Below are positions 47,358-57,442 of a stretch of DNA of 64,000 nucleotides, one piece after another. The notes under the pieces are model-generated. The model was not told where the DNA came from. It did no database searches and saw only the letters and a list, made by a program, of their open reading frames with translations. How positions within the stretch are numbered: the first letter of the stretch is position 1; each line of letters begins with the position of its first letter. The translations under genes were made by a program, and so were the position numbers. Source of the stretch: an uncultured Candidatus Rokubacteria bacterium (GTDB taxonomy: Bacteria > Methylomirabilota > Methylomirabilia > Rokubacteriales > CSP1-6); the NCBI GenBank assembly GCA_963758635.1, contig CAVWWD010000003.1, forward strand, positions 672,001-736,000, in the 5' to 3' direction.

Positions 47358-47387
47358 GACCTCGATGCGGGTAGGCTGGGGGCGACG

Positions 47388-48308
47388 ATGCCGTCCGCCT
47401 CGCGTACCGCCCGTACCGCGTCACTCGAGATCGGCTACGAGGAGCACGGAGACCCTCACGGGCTCCCCGTGATCCTCCTCCACGGGTTCCCGGACGACGT
47501 CCGCGCGTGGGACGGCGTGGCGCCGCGCCTCGTCGCCGCCGGCCACCGCGTGATCGCCCCGTACCTGCGCGGCTACGGGCCCACGCGGTTCCTCGATCGA
47601 TCGGAGCCGCGCATGGCCCAGCAAGCGGCCATCGGCCAGGACCTGCTCGACCTGATGAACGCGCTCTCGCTCCCGCGCGTGGCCCTGGCCGGCTACGACT
47701 GGGGCGGCCGGGCCGCGTGCATCGCGAGCATCCTCGCCCCGGAGCGCGTCGCCGCGCTCGTCACCATCGGCGGCTACAACGTCCAGAACACCCTCACGCC
47801 GTCGCGGCCGGCCTCGGCCCCCGAGGAGCGCCTGGCCTGGTACCAGTGGTACTTCAACACCGAGCGGGGCCGGGCGGGCCTCACGCAGAACCGGCGCGAC
47901 ATCTGCCGGCTGCTATGGCAGGAATGGTCGCCGACCTGGCGCTTCGCCGACGCCACCTTCGAGCGGACCGCGGCCTCGTTCGACAACCCGGACTTCGTGG
48001 ACGTGGTGATCCACTCGTACCGCCACCGCCACGGCAACGCGCCGGGCGACCCTCGCCTCGACGCGATCGAGCGCCGGCTAGCCGAACGCCCGGCGATCCC
48101 GGTGCCGACGATGCTGCTCCACGGGGCCGAGGATCCGTTCGAGCGCACGCGGCGTCACGATCCGCCGATGGCCCTCTTCCTGCCGGGGACCGAGCGCCGG
48201 ACCGTGCCCGACGCCGGCCACTTCATGCCGCACGAGCAGCCGGCCGCGGTGGCCTCGGCGCTGCTCGAGCTGCTCGCCGCCTCACGCGCGCGCGCGGCCA
48301 GGCTCTGA
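47388..48308 (+). CDS. Alpha/beta hydrolase (epoxide hydrolase-like)
   Basis: LLHGFPD, LRGYG, GYDWGG (Asp nucleophile), AGHF. Confidence 0.92.
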   Translation: MPSASRTARTASLEIGYEEHGDPHGLPVILLHGFPDDVRAWDGVAPRLVAAGHRVIAPYLRGYGPTRFLDRSEPRMAQQAAIGQDLLDLMNALSLPRVALAGYDWGGRAACIASILAPERVAALVTIGGYNVQNTLTPSRPASAPEERLAWYQWYFNTERGRAGLTQNRRDICRLLWQEWSPTWRFADATFERTAASFDNPDFVDVVIHSYRHRHGNAPGDPRLDAIERRLAERPAIPVPTMLLHGAEDPFERTRRHDPPMALFLPGTERRTVPDAGHFMPHEQPAAVASALLELLAASRARAARL

Positions 48309-48331
48309 GCCGCGCCCGGACGGTCCAGACC

Positions 48332-48384
48332 TTGACACTCCCTCCGGGGCCCCCGTATCATGAGCCACTGAACCGCCGTTCAGT
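48332..48384 (+). promoter_or_regulatory. Putative sigma70 promoter plus palindromic operator for acyl-CoA dehydrogenase operon
   Basis: TTGACA-18 nt-TATCAT followed by ACTGAAC-CGCC-GTTCAGT (48367-48384). Confidence 0.65.
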
Positions 48385-48392
48385 CTCTTCTA

Positions 48393-48554
48393 TCGAGCCC
48401 CGCGCATCAGACTAATGCCGAGCGGTGGGATTGTAGGGGCCCGTGGCGGTTACCGTATTCTGCGAGGGTCATTAGTGAGCCTCGCGCATCAGACTAATGC
48501 CCGAGCGGTGGGACTACAGGGGCCCGTGGCGTTACCGTGTTCTGCGAGGGTCAC
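48393..48554. mobile_element. Two tandem 80-bp family A MITE-like copies (48393-48472, 48475-48554)
   Basis: TA before, between and after the two copies. Confidence 0.88.
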
Positions 48555-48590
48555 TAGCGGTCTCGTCACCCAGGCCACGCAGGAGGAAGC

Positions 48591-49787
48591 ATGGATCTCA
48601 CGCTGACCCCCGACCAGCAGGCGTTCCGCACGAGAGTCCGCACCTGGCTCAAGGACAACCTCCCCTCGGACTGGGTCGCGCGCGTGCGCGGCAACTCCGA
48701 CATCCCACGCCCCGAGGCGTACGAGTGGATGCGACAGTGGCAGCGCAAGATGCACGAGGCCGGCCTCGTGGGGATCACGTGGCCGAAGGAGGCGGGCGGG
48801 CAGGGGCTCACCTTCATGGAAGAGCTGATCTGCGCCGAGGAGATCGCGCTCGCCAAGGGCCCGACCGTGCTCAACATCCTCGCCATCGGCATGGCGGGGC
48901 CCACGATCATCGCCTACGGGACCGACGAGCAGAAGCGGCGCTATCCGCCGAAGATGCTCTCGTGCGAGGAGATCTGGTGCCAGGGGTACTCGGAGCCGAA
49001 CGCGGGCTCGGACCTGGCGTCGCTCGGGACCCGCGCCGTCCGGGACGGCGAGCACTTCGTGATCAACGGGCAGAAGGTGTGGACCTCGCTGGCCCACATC
49101 GCCGACTGGATGATGCTGCTCGCCCGCACCGACACCGAGGCGCCGAAGCACAAGGGCATCACGTACTTCCTCCTCGACATGAAGGCCCCGGGCGTGACCG
49201 TGAAGCCGCTCCGCCAGATCACCGGCGAGGCCGAGTTCAACGAGGTGTACTTCGACAACGTCCGCGTGCACGAGTCCCAGATCCTGGGCGGGCTCAACAA
49301 CGGCTGGCAGGTCGGCCTGACCACGCTCATGTACGAGCGCCTGGCGCTAGGTTTCGGGCTGCAGGTGCGCCTGCGGATCGCGCTCGACAGCCTCGTGGAC
49401 CTCGCGCGCCAGACGAAGAAGAACGGCGGCACCGCCGCCCAGGACCCGGTGATCCGCCAGAAGCTCGCCCAGCTCTGGATCGATACCGAGGCCTTCAGGT
49501 ACACGGGGGCGCGCGCCATCACGAAGCTCCTCCGCGGCGAGATGCCGGGCCCCGAGGCCTCGGCGGGCAAGCTCATGTGGGTCGAGGGGCACCAGCGGCT
49601 GCAGGAGCTGGCGATGGAGATCGAGGGGCCGTACGCGCAGCTCATGAAGGGCAGCGAGTGGGCGGTGGCCGACGGGCTCTGGCAGCACACGTTCCTGCGC
49701 TCGCGCGCGAACTCCATCGAGGGCGGGACCACCGAGATCCAGCGCAACATCATCGGCGAGCGCGTGCTCGGCCTCCCGAAAGGCTAG
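48591..49787 (+). CDS. Acyl-CoA dehydrogenase (catalytic-type subunit)
   Basis: WCQGYSEPNAGSDLA, NGQKVWTS, FNEVYFDNV, IEGGTTEIQRNIIGER.LGLP. Confidence 0.95.
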   Translation: MDLTLTPDQQAFRTRVRTWLKDNLPSDWVARVRGNSDIPRPEAYEWMRQWQRKMHEAGLVGITWPKEAGGQGLTFMEELICAEEIALAKGPTVLNILAIGMAGPTIIAYGTDEQKRRYPPKMLSCEEIWCQGYSEPNAGSDLASLGTRAVRDGEHFVINGQKVWTSLAHIADWMMLLARTDTEAPKHKGITYFLLDMKAPGVTVKPLRQITGEAEFNEVYFDNVRVHESQILGGLNNGWQVGLTTLMYERLALGFGLQVRLRIALDSLVDLARQTKKNGGTAAQDPVIRQKLAQLWIDTEAFRYTGARAITKLLRGEMPGPEASAGKLMWVEGHQRLQELAMEIEGPYAQLMKGSEWAVADGLWQHTFLRSRANSIEGGTTEIQRNIIGERVLGLPKG

Positions 49788-49791
49788 CCCC

Positions 49792-50931
49792 ATGAACTTC
49801 GGCTTCAACGAGGAACAGGAGCTCCTGCGCAGCACCGCGCGGAAGTTCGTCGACAACGAGTGCCCGTCCACCGTCGTCCGCGCCCTCATGGAAGGGCCCG
49901 AGGGCATGTCCCCGGAGCTGTGGGGCAAGATCGCCGAGCAGGGCTGGCTCGGGCTCGTCTACCCCGAGGCGTACGGCGGGATGGCGCTCGGCGTGGTGGA
50001 CCTGGTCGTGCTGATGGAGGAGATGGGCCGCGGCGTCGTCCCCGGCCCCTACTTCTCCACCGTGCTCCTGGGCGGCCTCGCCATCCTCGAGGCGGGGAGC
50101 GAGGCGCAGAAGAAGGAGTGGCTGCCCCCGATCGCCGCCGGCGACAAGCGCGTGACCCTCGCGTGGATGGAGCCCTCGGCGACCCTGCCGCCCCAGGGCA
50201 TCACGCTCTCGGCCACGCCGAGCGGGGGGCGGTTCACGCTCTCCGGCACGAAGCTCTTCGTGCCCGACGCCCACACCGCCGACGCCATCGTGGTGGCGGC
50301 GCGCACCGGCGGCGGCGCGGGAGCGGAGGCGGGGGTCAGCCTGTTCCTGCTGCCGCGCGCCACGCGCGGCCTCGAGATCAAGCTCCTGCCCACCATGGAC
50401 CAGACGCGGAAGCTCTGCGAGGTGACGCTCGGCGGCGTGACCGTCGGCCGCGACGCGCTGCTCGGAGAGGCGGGGGCGGCGTGGGCGCCGCTGGCGCGCG
50501 TGCTCGACCGCGCCACCGTGGCCCTCTGCGCGGAGATGTGCGGCGGCGCCCAGCGCGTGCTGGACATGACCGTGGAGTACGCGAAGGTGCGCCAGGCCTT
50601 CGGGCGGCCGATCGGCTCGTACCAGGGCGTCAAGCACCGCGCCGCCGACATGCTCGTCGACGTGGAGAACAGCAAGTCGATCACGTACTACGCGGCGTGG
50701 GCCATGGACGAGAGCGCGGCCGAGGGGCCGCTCGCCGTCAGCATGGCCAAGGCGTACGTCTCCGACGCGTACCGGCGGGTGGCCGCGGCGGGCATCCAGC
50801 TCCACGGCGGCATCGGCTTCACCTGGGAGCACGACCTGCACCTCTACTTCAAGCGCGCCAAGGGATCGGAGTTCACCTTCGGCGACGCGACCCACCATCG
50901 CGAGCGCGTCGCCCAGCTCGTGAACCTGTAG
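49792..50931 (+). CDS. Acyl-CoA dehydrogenase (partner subunit type)
   Basis: EEMGR..VPGPY, SGTKLFV, RQAFGRPIGSYQGVKH, QLHGGIGFTWEHDLHLYFKRA. Confidence 0.95.
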   Translation: MNFGFNEEQELLRSTARKFVDNECPSTVVRALMEGPEGMSPELWGKIAEQGWLGLVYPEAYGGMALGVVDLVVLMEEMGRGVVPGPYFSTVLLGGLAILEAGSEAQKKEWLPPIAAGDKRVTLAWMEPSATLPPQGITLSATPSGGRFTLSGTKLFVPDAHTADAIVVAARTGGGAGAEAGVSLFLLPRATRGLEIKLLPTMDQTRKLCEVTLGGVTVGRDALLGEAGAAWAPLARVLDRATVALCAEMCGGAQRVLDMTVEYAKVRQAFGRPIGSYQGVKHRAADMLVDVENSKSITYYAAWAMDESAAEGPLAVSMAKAYVSDAYRRVAAAGIQLHGGIGFTWEHDLHLYFKRAKGSEFTFGDATHHRERVAQLVNL

Positions 50932-50957
50932 GGGAGCGCGGGGCGGCCGGCGCGCCC

Positions 50958-52286
50958 ATGCTCGACGGCGTCCGTCAGCGGATGTCCCGGTGGATGGGGC
51001 GGCCCGCGGCCGCGGAGACCCCCGCCTACCCGCTGATCTTCGCCGACCACGCGGAGATCCGGGACATCGCCCAGCAGCTCGCCCGGACGAAGATCGAGCT
51101 CGATCGCTCCGTGCTCGGCCTGCGCGGCTGGGCCCGCGACCTGAGCCGGCGCCTCGGGGAGGCTCCCGCGCAGGTGGAGCAGGGTGTGGACCTCCGCGCC
51201 CTCGGCGAGACGGTGGGCGGGCTCGCCCACAACTTCAACAACTCGCTCGCCGCCATCCTCGCCTACACCGAGCTCCTCCTGAAGGAGGTGCAGACCGACA
51301 CCGCCCAGCGCCGGCTCAAGGTGATCCGCGACGTGGCGCTGGAAGCGTCGGTCTCGGTGCGGCGCTTCCAGGAGCTGGTGTCGCGCGAGCCCCAGGTGGC
51401 CTTCGGCCCGGTGGGACTCCCTGGCGTGGTGACCGAGGCCCTCGCCATCACGGCGCCGCGGTGGCGTGACGAGGCGGAGCGCCGCGGCATCGTCATCAAC
51501 GTGGTCCAGGACCTGGAGTCCGTGCCCCCCGTCGAGGGCAACGCGTTCGAGCTGCGCGACGCGCTGATCAATCTCATCCAGAACGCGGTGAGCGCCATGC
51601 CCCAGGGCGGCACCCTCACCATCCGCGCGAGCAGCGAGGAGTCGGGCGGGGTGGCCGTCGAGATCCACGACACGGGGGTCGGGATGCCCGAGGCGCTGCG
51701 GCGCGGGCTCACCGACCGCTCGCTCGACTCCTCCGCCGACGAGCGCGCGCGCGGCCTCGCGCAGGTGCTGGACATCGTCGAGCGGCACGGCGGCGGCCTC
51801 GGGGTGGACGGCGGCGAGGGCCAGGGGACCACGGTGCGCATGCGGCTGCACGCGAGCCGCTTCCAGATCATCCCGCCGTCGGAGGGGACGGTCGAGGCGC
51901 TCGAGCCCGATCAGGCCGTCCGCGTGCTCCTGGTGGACGACGACCAGCGCCTGGTCACCGTGCTCTCGGACATGCTGCGCTCGGGCGGCCACGCGGTGAC
52001 GACCGCGACCACCGGCGAGGAGGCGGTCGCGCTCTTCGATCCCGCCGCCCACGACGTGGTCATCACCGACCTCGGGATGCCGAAGATGAATGGCTGGGAG
52101 GTGGCCGAGCGCATCAAGACGACGGCGCCCGCGACCCGCGTGTTCGTGCTGACCGGGTGGGGCGAGAGCGTCACGCCGGGCGAGAAGAGCCGCTTCGTGG
52201 ACCAGGTCATCGCCAAGCCCATCTCGGCGGATGCGCTCCTCGGCGAGCTCGCCGGGCTGTCCCGCGTGCGAGCGGCCGGCCGGTGA
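50958..52286 (+). CDS. Atypical hybrid histidine kinase-receiver protein
   Basis: H-box GLAHNFNN, NLIQNA, HDTGVGM, C-terminal REC (LVDDD, TDLGMP, KP); F/G2 boxes degenerate. Confidence 0.85.
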   Translation: MLDGVRQRMSRWMGRPAAAETPAYPLIFADHAEIRDIAQQLARTKIELDRSVLGLRGWARDLSRRLGEAPAQVEQGVDLRALGETVGGLAHNFNNSLAAILAYTELLLKEVQTDTAQRRLKVIRDVALEASVSVRRFQELVSREPQVAFGPVGLPGVVTEALAITAPRWRDEAERRGIVINVVQDLESVPPVEGNAFELRDALINLIQNAVSAMPQGGTLTIRASSEESGGVAVEIHDTGVGMPEALRRGLTDRSLDSSADERARGLAQVLDIVERHGGGLGVDGGEGQGTTVRMRLHASRFQIIPPSEGTVEALEPDQAVRVLLVDDDQRLVTVLSDMLRSGGHAVTTATTGEEAVALFDPAAHDVVITDLGMPKMNGWEVAERIKTTAPATRVFVLTGWGESVTPGEKSRFVDQVIAKPISADALLGELAGLSRVRAAGR

Positions 52287-53104
52287 GCGTTCCGCCCGCG
52301 CCCGGCCCGACCGTCGCCGTGCCCCGGCCCGCCGCCTCCGTCGTCCTCGTGCGGCCGGGCGGCGGCGGGGGCGTCGAGGTCTACATGATCCGTCGCGACA
52401 AGTCCATGCGGTTCCTCGGCGGCTGGTTCGCCTTCCCCGGCGGCAAGGTCGACACCGGCGACGGCGGCGACGACGTGGTGGCGCGCTGTCGCGGCCTGAC
52501 CCGTGAGGCCGCCTCCCGTGTCCTGCCGGAGCTGGACGGGATCCCGCCCATCGCCTTCTGGGTGACGGCGGCGCGCGAGCTCTGCGAGGAGACCGGCCTC
52601 CTGCTGGCCTCGGACGGCGACGGCCGGCCGCTCGACCTGGGGGACGCCGCGGTGGCCGCGGGCGTCGAGCGCGTGCGCCGCGGGCTCATGGCCGCCGACA
52701 CGCCGCTCGGCGACTTGCTGGCGAAGGAAGGCTGGTGGCTCGACCTCGGCTCGCTGCGGTACCTCTCGCACTTCATCACGCCGCCGTCGAGCCCGATCCG
52801 GTTCACCGCGCGCTTCTTCCTCGCCCCCGTTCCCGAGGGGCAGAGCCCGCGGCTCTACACGGAGGAGGCCTCGGAGGCCTTCTGGATCGATCCCCGCGAC
52901 GGGCTCACGCGCTTCGAGAAGGGCGAGATGCCCATGGCCGAGCCGGGATCGTCGGGGCTCAGCTACCTCGCGGAGTTCCCGAGCACCGAGACGCTGTGGG
53001 CGGCCCACGCCGACGGACGGCACAAGTTTCACGGGATCGACGACCGCCTCATCGCGCTCGGGCTCCGGCTGGCCCCGCGCCCCGGCGCGCCCCCGCGCCG
53101 GTAG
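52283..53104 (+). CDS. NUDIX hydrolase (CoA-pyrophosphatase/NUDT19-like)
   Basis: RPAASVVL, AFPGGKVD, AARELCEETG, ITP...RFTARFF. Confidence 0.88.
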   Translation: MSVPPAPGPTVAVPRPAASVVLVRPGGGGGVEVYMIRRDKSMRFLGGWFAFPGGKVDTGDGGDDVVARCRGLTREAASRVLPELDGIPPIAFWVTAARELCEETGLLLASDGDGRPLDLGDAAVAAGVERVRRGLMAADTPLGDLLAKEGWWLDLGSLRYLSHFITPPSSPIRFTARFFLAPVPEGQSPRLYTEEASEAFWIDPRDGLTRFEKGEMPMAEPGSSGLSYLAEFPSTETLWAAHADGRHKFHGIDDRLIALGLRLAPRPGAPPRR

Positions 53105-53130
53105 CCGCGCTGGCCCGCGGACGTCCGGCC

Positions 53131-54645
53131 CTGGACAACGCCGCCTCCGTCCTGGTCGACCAGCCGCTCGACGAGGGCCTCCACGAGGCCGTCGCCCTCG
53201 TCGCCGCGGGACGCGCGGTGACCTACGGCGAGCTCCGCGCGATCACCGACCGCGCCGCCCGCGGGCTCCGGCGGCTCGGCGTGGAGCCCGGCCAGCGCGT
53301 GGCGCTCCTGCTCCCCGACGGCGTCGCGTTCGCCGCGACGTTCCTGGCCGCGATCAAGATCGGCGCGGTGGCGCTGCCGCTCGGCACGCGCCTGGCTCCC
53401 GACGACCTTCGCGCGATCCTCGAGGACGCCGCGCCCGCCGTGCTCGTCGCCGATCCCGGCTTCCTCCCTCCCGCGCCGTCGGGCCACGCCGGGCGCGTCG
53501 CGGCCGGCCTCGCCGTCACCGGGTTTCCCGCGCTGGTCGACGGCGTCTCCGACGCCTCCGTCGCGGCGGAGCCGGTGGCGGAGGACGCCATGGCGTTCTG
53601 GCTCTACACCTCGGGGACGACGGGAACGCCGAAGGCCGCCGTCCACGGGCACCGCACGCTGCTGGCCGGCCGTCACTACGGCCAGGGCGTGCTCGGCGTG
53701 GGCCCGGGCGATCGCGTGTTCGCCACGTCCAAGCTCTTCTTCGCCTACGCGCTCGGCAACGCGCTGCTGATCCCGCTGCTGGCGCGGGCGCGGACCATCC
53801 TGGAGCCGGCGTGGCCCGACCCCGGCCTCGTGGCGACCGTGATGCGGCGAGAGCGCCCGACGCTCTTCTTCTCGGTGCCGACCCTCTACGCGCGCCTGCT
53901 GCGCGCCGATCTGCCCGCCGACACGTTCGCCTCGGCGCGCGCGTGCGTGTCCGCGGGCGAGCCGCTGCCCGGCCAGGTCTACGACGCGTGGCGGGAGCGC
54001 TTCGGCCAGGAGATCCTCGACGGGCTCGGCGCGACCGAGACGGTGTTCATGGTGCTGTCGAACCGGCCCGGGCGGAGCCGGCGGGCGAGCACGGGCTGGC
54101 CCGTGCCCGGCACCGAGGCGCGCCTGGCCGATCCCGAGGGGCGCGCGGTGGCCGACGGCGAGCGTGGCGTCCTGTGGGTCCGCACCGAGTCCGCCGCGCG
54201 GGGCTACTGGGGCCGGCCCGAGCCGTCGCGCCACGCCTTCGTGGACGGCTGGTTCCGGACCGGCGACGTGTTCGAGCGGGACGCCGAGGGACGCTACGTG
54301 CACCGGGGGCGCGCCGACGACCGGTTCAAGGTCGCCGGCATGTGGGTCGATCCGGCCGCGGTGGAGGCGGCGGCGCTGGCTCACCCCGGCGTGCTCGAGG
54401 CCGGCGTGGTCGGGGCCGAGGTCGCCTCCGGGCTGACCAAGGCCTTCCTCTTCGTGGTGCCGCGCGAGGACGCGGCCGACGCGCTGGCCGCGGGCCTCCG
54501 CGCGCGGCTCGACGCGGGGCTGCCGCCGCACCAGCGGCCGCAGGAGATCGTGCTCGTGCCCGAGCTGCCCCGCACGGCCACGGGCAAGCTCCAGCGCTTC
54601 CGCCTTCTCGAGATGGCGCGGGGCCGCGCGCCGCGGCCCGGGTGA
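53131..54645 (+). CDS. Benzoate-CoA ligase family protein; start uncertain
   Basis: AFWLYTSGTTGTPK, SKLFFAYALGN, SAGEPLP, ILDGLGATE, RTGD, LPRTATGKLQRF. Confidence 0.9.
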   Translation: MDNAASVLVDQPLDEGLHEAVALVAAGRAVTYGELRAITDRAARGLRRLGVEPGQRVALLLPDGVAFAATFLAAIKIGAVALPLGTRLAPDDLRAILEDAAPAVLVADPGFLPPAPSGHAGRVAAGLAVTGFPALVDGVSDASVAAEPVAEDAMAFWLYTSGTTGTPKAAVHGHRTLLAGRHYGQGVLGVGPGDRVFATSKLFFAYALGNALLIPLLARARTILEPAWPDPGLVATVMRRERPTLFFSVPTLYARLLRADLPADTFASARACVSAGEPLPGQVYDAWRERFGQEILDGLGATETVFMVLSNRPGRSRRASTGWPVPGTEARLADPEGRAVADGERGVLWVRTESAARGYWGRPEPSRHAFVDGWFRTGDVFERDAEGRYVHRGRADDRFKVAGMWVDPAAVEAAALAHPGVLEAGVVGAEVASGLTKAFLFVVPREDAADALAAGLRARLDAGLPPHQRPQEIVLVPELPRTATGKLQRFRLLEMARGRAPRPG

Positions 54646-54652
54646 GCGGCCC

Positions 54653-55075
54653 ATGCCCGTCACGCACGAGATCAGCGTGCAGGTCAGGTGGAGCGAGGTG
54701 GATCCGGCCGGGATCGTGTTCTACCCGCGGTTCTTCGAGTGGTTCGACCGCGCCACCGAGGCGCTCTTCGAGTCGCTCGCGCTCCCGTGGCCCGTCATCT
54801 TCCCGCGCTACGCGATCGTGGGCGTGCCCATCGTGGAGTCGGGGGCGCGCTTCGCCTCGCCCGTCCGCTACGGCGACACCGCGTTGATCCGGAGCGCGGT
54901 CGCGGAGGTGCGCGAGCGCACGTTCCGCATGGAGCACGAGGTGTCGGTGGACGGCCGGCGGTGCGCGACCGGCTTCGAGGTGCGGGCGTGGGTGGCCGTT
55001 TCCGGGGCGCCGGGGGGCCGTCTCGAGGCGCGGGCCATGCCGGAGGAGGTGCGGAGCCGGCTCGCCGGCGGCTGA
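54653..55075 (+). CDS. Acyl-CoA thioesterase (4-hydroxybenzoyl-CoA thioesterase family)
   Basis: VRWSEVDPAGIVFYPRFFEWF, P.RYGD. Confidence 0.9.
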   Translation: MPVTHEISVQVRWSEVDPAGIVFYPRFFEWFDRATEALFESLALPWPVIFPRYAIVGVPIVESGARFASPVRYGDTALIRSAVAEVRERTFRMEHEVSVDGRRCATGFEVRAWVAVSGAPGGRLEARAMPEEVRSRLAGG

Positions 55076-55216
55076 CCTGACGAGCCCCGCGCATCAGAGC
55101 TCCGGGCCCGCCGGGCCGGGAGGTTCTCGCACGCCGCCGGGTCACGTTTGCTAGAATCCACGGGCGATTCGCCGGCCCGCCGGTGGCCGCCACATCCATC
55201 CCCGAAGGAGGCTCCC

Positions 55217-56395
55217 GTGCTCCATCTCCTGCGAACCGTCGCCGTCCTGGCCACGACGCTCCTGATCGCGACCGCTCCCACGTACGCCCAGACCGTCAAG
55301 ATCGGGTTCATCACGACGCTCTCGGGACCGCAGGGCATCATCGGCGAGCACATGAAGAACTCGGTCGAGCTCGCCCTCGATCACCTCGGCCGGAAGGTCG
55401 GCGGGCTCGGCGTCGAGGTGATCTACGGCGACGACCAGGTCAAGCCCGACGTGGGCAAGCAGCTCGCCGACGAGATGCTGAAGAAGCACCAGGTCCACTT
55501 CGTGAGCGGGGTCATCTGGTCGAACGTGATGCTGGCGGTGGCGCCCACCGTGACGCAGGCCGGCACGTTCATGGTCGGCACCAACGCGGGACCGCACGAG
55601 CTGGCGGGGAAGATGTGCAACGAGCTCTTCTTCACCACGTCCTGGCAGAACGACCAGACGCCCGAGGCGATGGGCAAGCACCTGTCGGACCAGGGCGTCA
55701 CCGACGTGTACGCGATGGCGCCCAACTACGCGGCGGGCAAGGACATGATCGCGGGCTTCAAGCGCTACTTCAAGGGCAAGATCGTCGCGGAGGTCTACAC
55801 CAAGCTCGGGCAGACCGACTACCAGGCGGAGATCAGCCAGCTCCGCGCCGCCAATCCCAAGGCGGTGTTCGTGTTCTACCCCGGCGGCATGGGCATCCAG
55901 TTCCTCAAGCAGTACGCCCAGGCCGGGCTCCGCGAGCAGCTCCCGCTCTATTCCGTGTACACCGTGGACGAGATCTCGCTGCCCGCGGTGAAGGAAGCCG
56001 CGCTCGGGCAGTGGGAGACGCGCTACTGGAGCCCCGACCTCAAGAACGAGGCGAACCAGCGCTACGTCTCGGACTACCGCAAGAAGTTCGGCGGCAAGAC
56101 GCCGTCGTTCTACGGCGCCCAGAGCTACGACGGGATCATGCTGATCGACTCCGCGGTGCGGGCGGTCAAGGGCGACCTCGGCAACAAGAAGGGCATGATC
56201 GCCGCGATGCGGAAGGCGGACTACAAGTCCACGCGCGGCGCCTACACCTACAACACCAACCACTTCCCGATCCAGAACTTCTACCTGCTGAAGGCCGTCC
56301 CCGCCTCGGGGGGCGAGCTGGAGATGCAGATCCAGAAGACGGTGTTCGAGAAGCACAAGGACGCCTACGCGCAGGACTGCGGGATGAAGTGGTAG
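55217..56395 (+). CDS. ABC transporter substrate-binding protein (Liv/HAAT family, likely aromatic acids)
   Basis: Signal peptide, VKIGFITTLSG, DDQ.KPD, WSNV, SWQNDQ, APNYAAG; AAGGAGG RBS. Confidence 0.92.
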   Translation: MLHLLRTVAVLATTLLIATAPTYAQTVKIGFITTLSGPQGIIGEHMKNSVELALDHLGRKVGGLGVEVIYGDDQVKPDVGKQLADEMLKKHQVHFVSGVIWSNVMLAVAPTVTQAGTFMVGTNAGPHELAGKMCNELFFTTSWQNDQTPEAMGKHLSDQGVTDVYAMAPNYAAGKDMIAGFKRYFKGKIVAEVYTKLGQTDYQAEISQLRAANPKAVFVFYPGGMGIQFLKQYAQAGLREQLPLYSVYTVDEISLPAVKEAALGQWETRYWSPDLKNEANQRYVSDYRKKFGGKTPSFYGAQSYDGIMLIDSAVRAVKGDLGNKKGMIAAMRKADYKSTRGAYTYNTNHFPIQNFYLLKAVPASGGELEMQIQKTVFEKHKDAYAQDCGMKW

Positions 56396-56418
56396 CGGGA
56401 GCCCGCGGCGGCGGCATC

Positions 56419-56451
56419 GGGGGCGCGGCTCGGCCGCGCCCCCTTTTTGTT
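56419..56451 (+). terminator. Intra-operon stem-loop / terminator after SBP gene
   Basis: GGGGGCGCGGC-TCG-GCCGCGCCCCC then TTTTTGTT. Confidence 0.75.
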
Positions 56452-56518
56452 GGGTGCTTGGGCGGCTCTGACGATCGTCCGGGCATGACGCTCGTCCGGC
56501 GGTGACGCGGGTCCACCC

Positions 56519-57442
56519 ATGACGCTCGCCCTCGAGCAGGCGCTGAACGGCGTCCAGTTCGGCGTGATGCTCTTTCTGATGGCGGCCGGGCTCACGCTCG
56601 TGTTCGGCATCATGAACCTGGTGAACCTCGCCCACGGCTCTCTCTACATGGTCGGGGCCTACCTCGCGACGACCTTCTCCCAGTGGACGGGATCGTTCGT
56701 GCTCGCCGCGCTCCTCGCGCTGGCCGGCACGCTCGTCGTGGGCGCGGCGGTGGAGGCCGTCGCGCTCCGCACCCTCTACGAGCGCGACCACCTGGACCAG
56801 GTCCTCGCCACGTTCGGCCTCATCCTGTTCTTCAACGAGCTGGTGGCGATCGTGTGGGGCCGCGCCGCGCTCTACACCAGCCTGCCGAAGTGGCTCTCCG
56901 GCCACGTCATGGTGCTCCCCGGGGTGCGCTATCCCGCGTACCGGCTCGTCGTGATCCTCGTCGGGCTGGCGGTGGCGGCGCTCCTGTGGTTCGTGGTGAC
57001 GCGCACGCGGCTCGGGATGCTGATCCGCGCGGGCGCCAGCAACCGGACGATGGTGGCGGCGCTGGGCATCAACGTCCGTTTGCTCTACACGGTGGTGTTC
57101 GGCGGGGGCGCCGCGCTCGCCGGGCTCGCCGGCCTCATGGCGGGGCCCATCTACGCCGTCCAGCCGGGGATGGGCGAGCAGATCCTGATCCAGGTGTTCG
57201 TGGTCATCGTGATCGGCGGCATCGGCTCGATCCGCGGCGCCCTCGCGGGGGCGATCGTCGTGGGCATGGTGGACACGCTGGGCCGCGCCTTCCTCAAGCC
57301 CGCCCTCGCCACCGTGCTCTCGCCCACGGCGGCGGAGAGCGCGGGCCCCGCGCTCGCCTCCATGCTGATCTACCTGTTGATGGCGGCGGTGCTGGCCATC
57401 CGGCCCGAGGGGCTGTTCCCCGCGGCGGGGCGCTCGGCGTGA
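56519..57442 (+). CDS. livH: Branched-chain amino acid-type ABC permease
   Basis: GLTLVFGIMNLVNLAHG, G..IRA, FVVIVIGGIGS. Confidence 0.92.
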   Translation: MTLALEQALNGVQFGVMLFLMAAGLTLVFGIMNLVNLAHGSLYMVGAYLATTFSQWTGSFVLAALLALAGTLVVGAAVEAVALRTLYERDHLDQVLATFGLILFFNELVAIVWGRAALYTSLPKWLSGHVMVLPGVRYPAYRLVVILVGLAVAALLWFVVTRTRLGMLIRAGASNRTMVAALGINVRLLYTVVFGGGAALAGLAGLMAGPIYAVQPGMGEQILIQVFVVIVIGGIGSIRGALAGAIVVGMVDTLGRAFLKPALATVLSPTAAESAGPALASMLIYLLMAAVLAIRPEGLFPAAGRSA

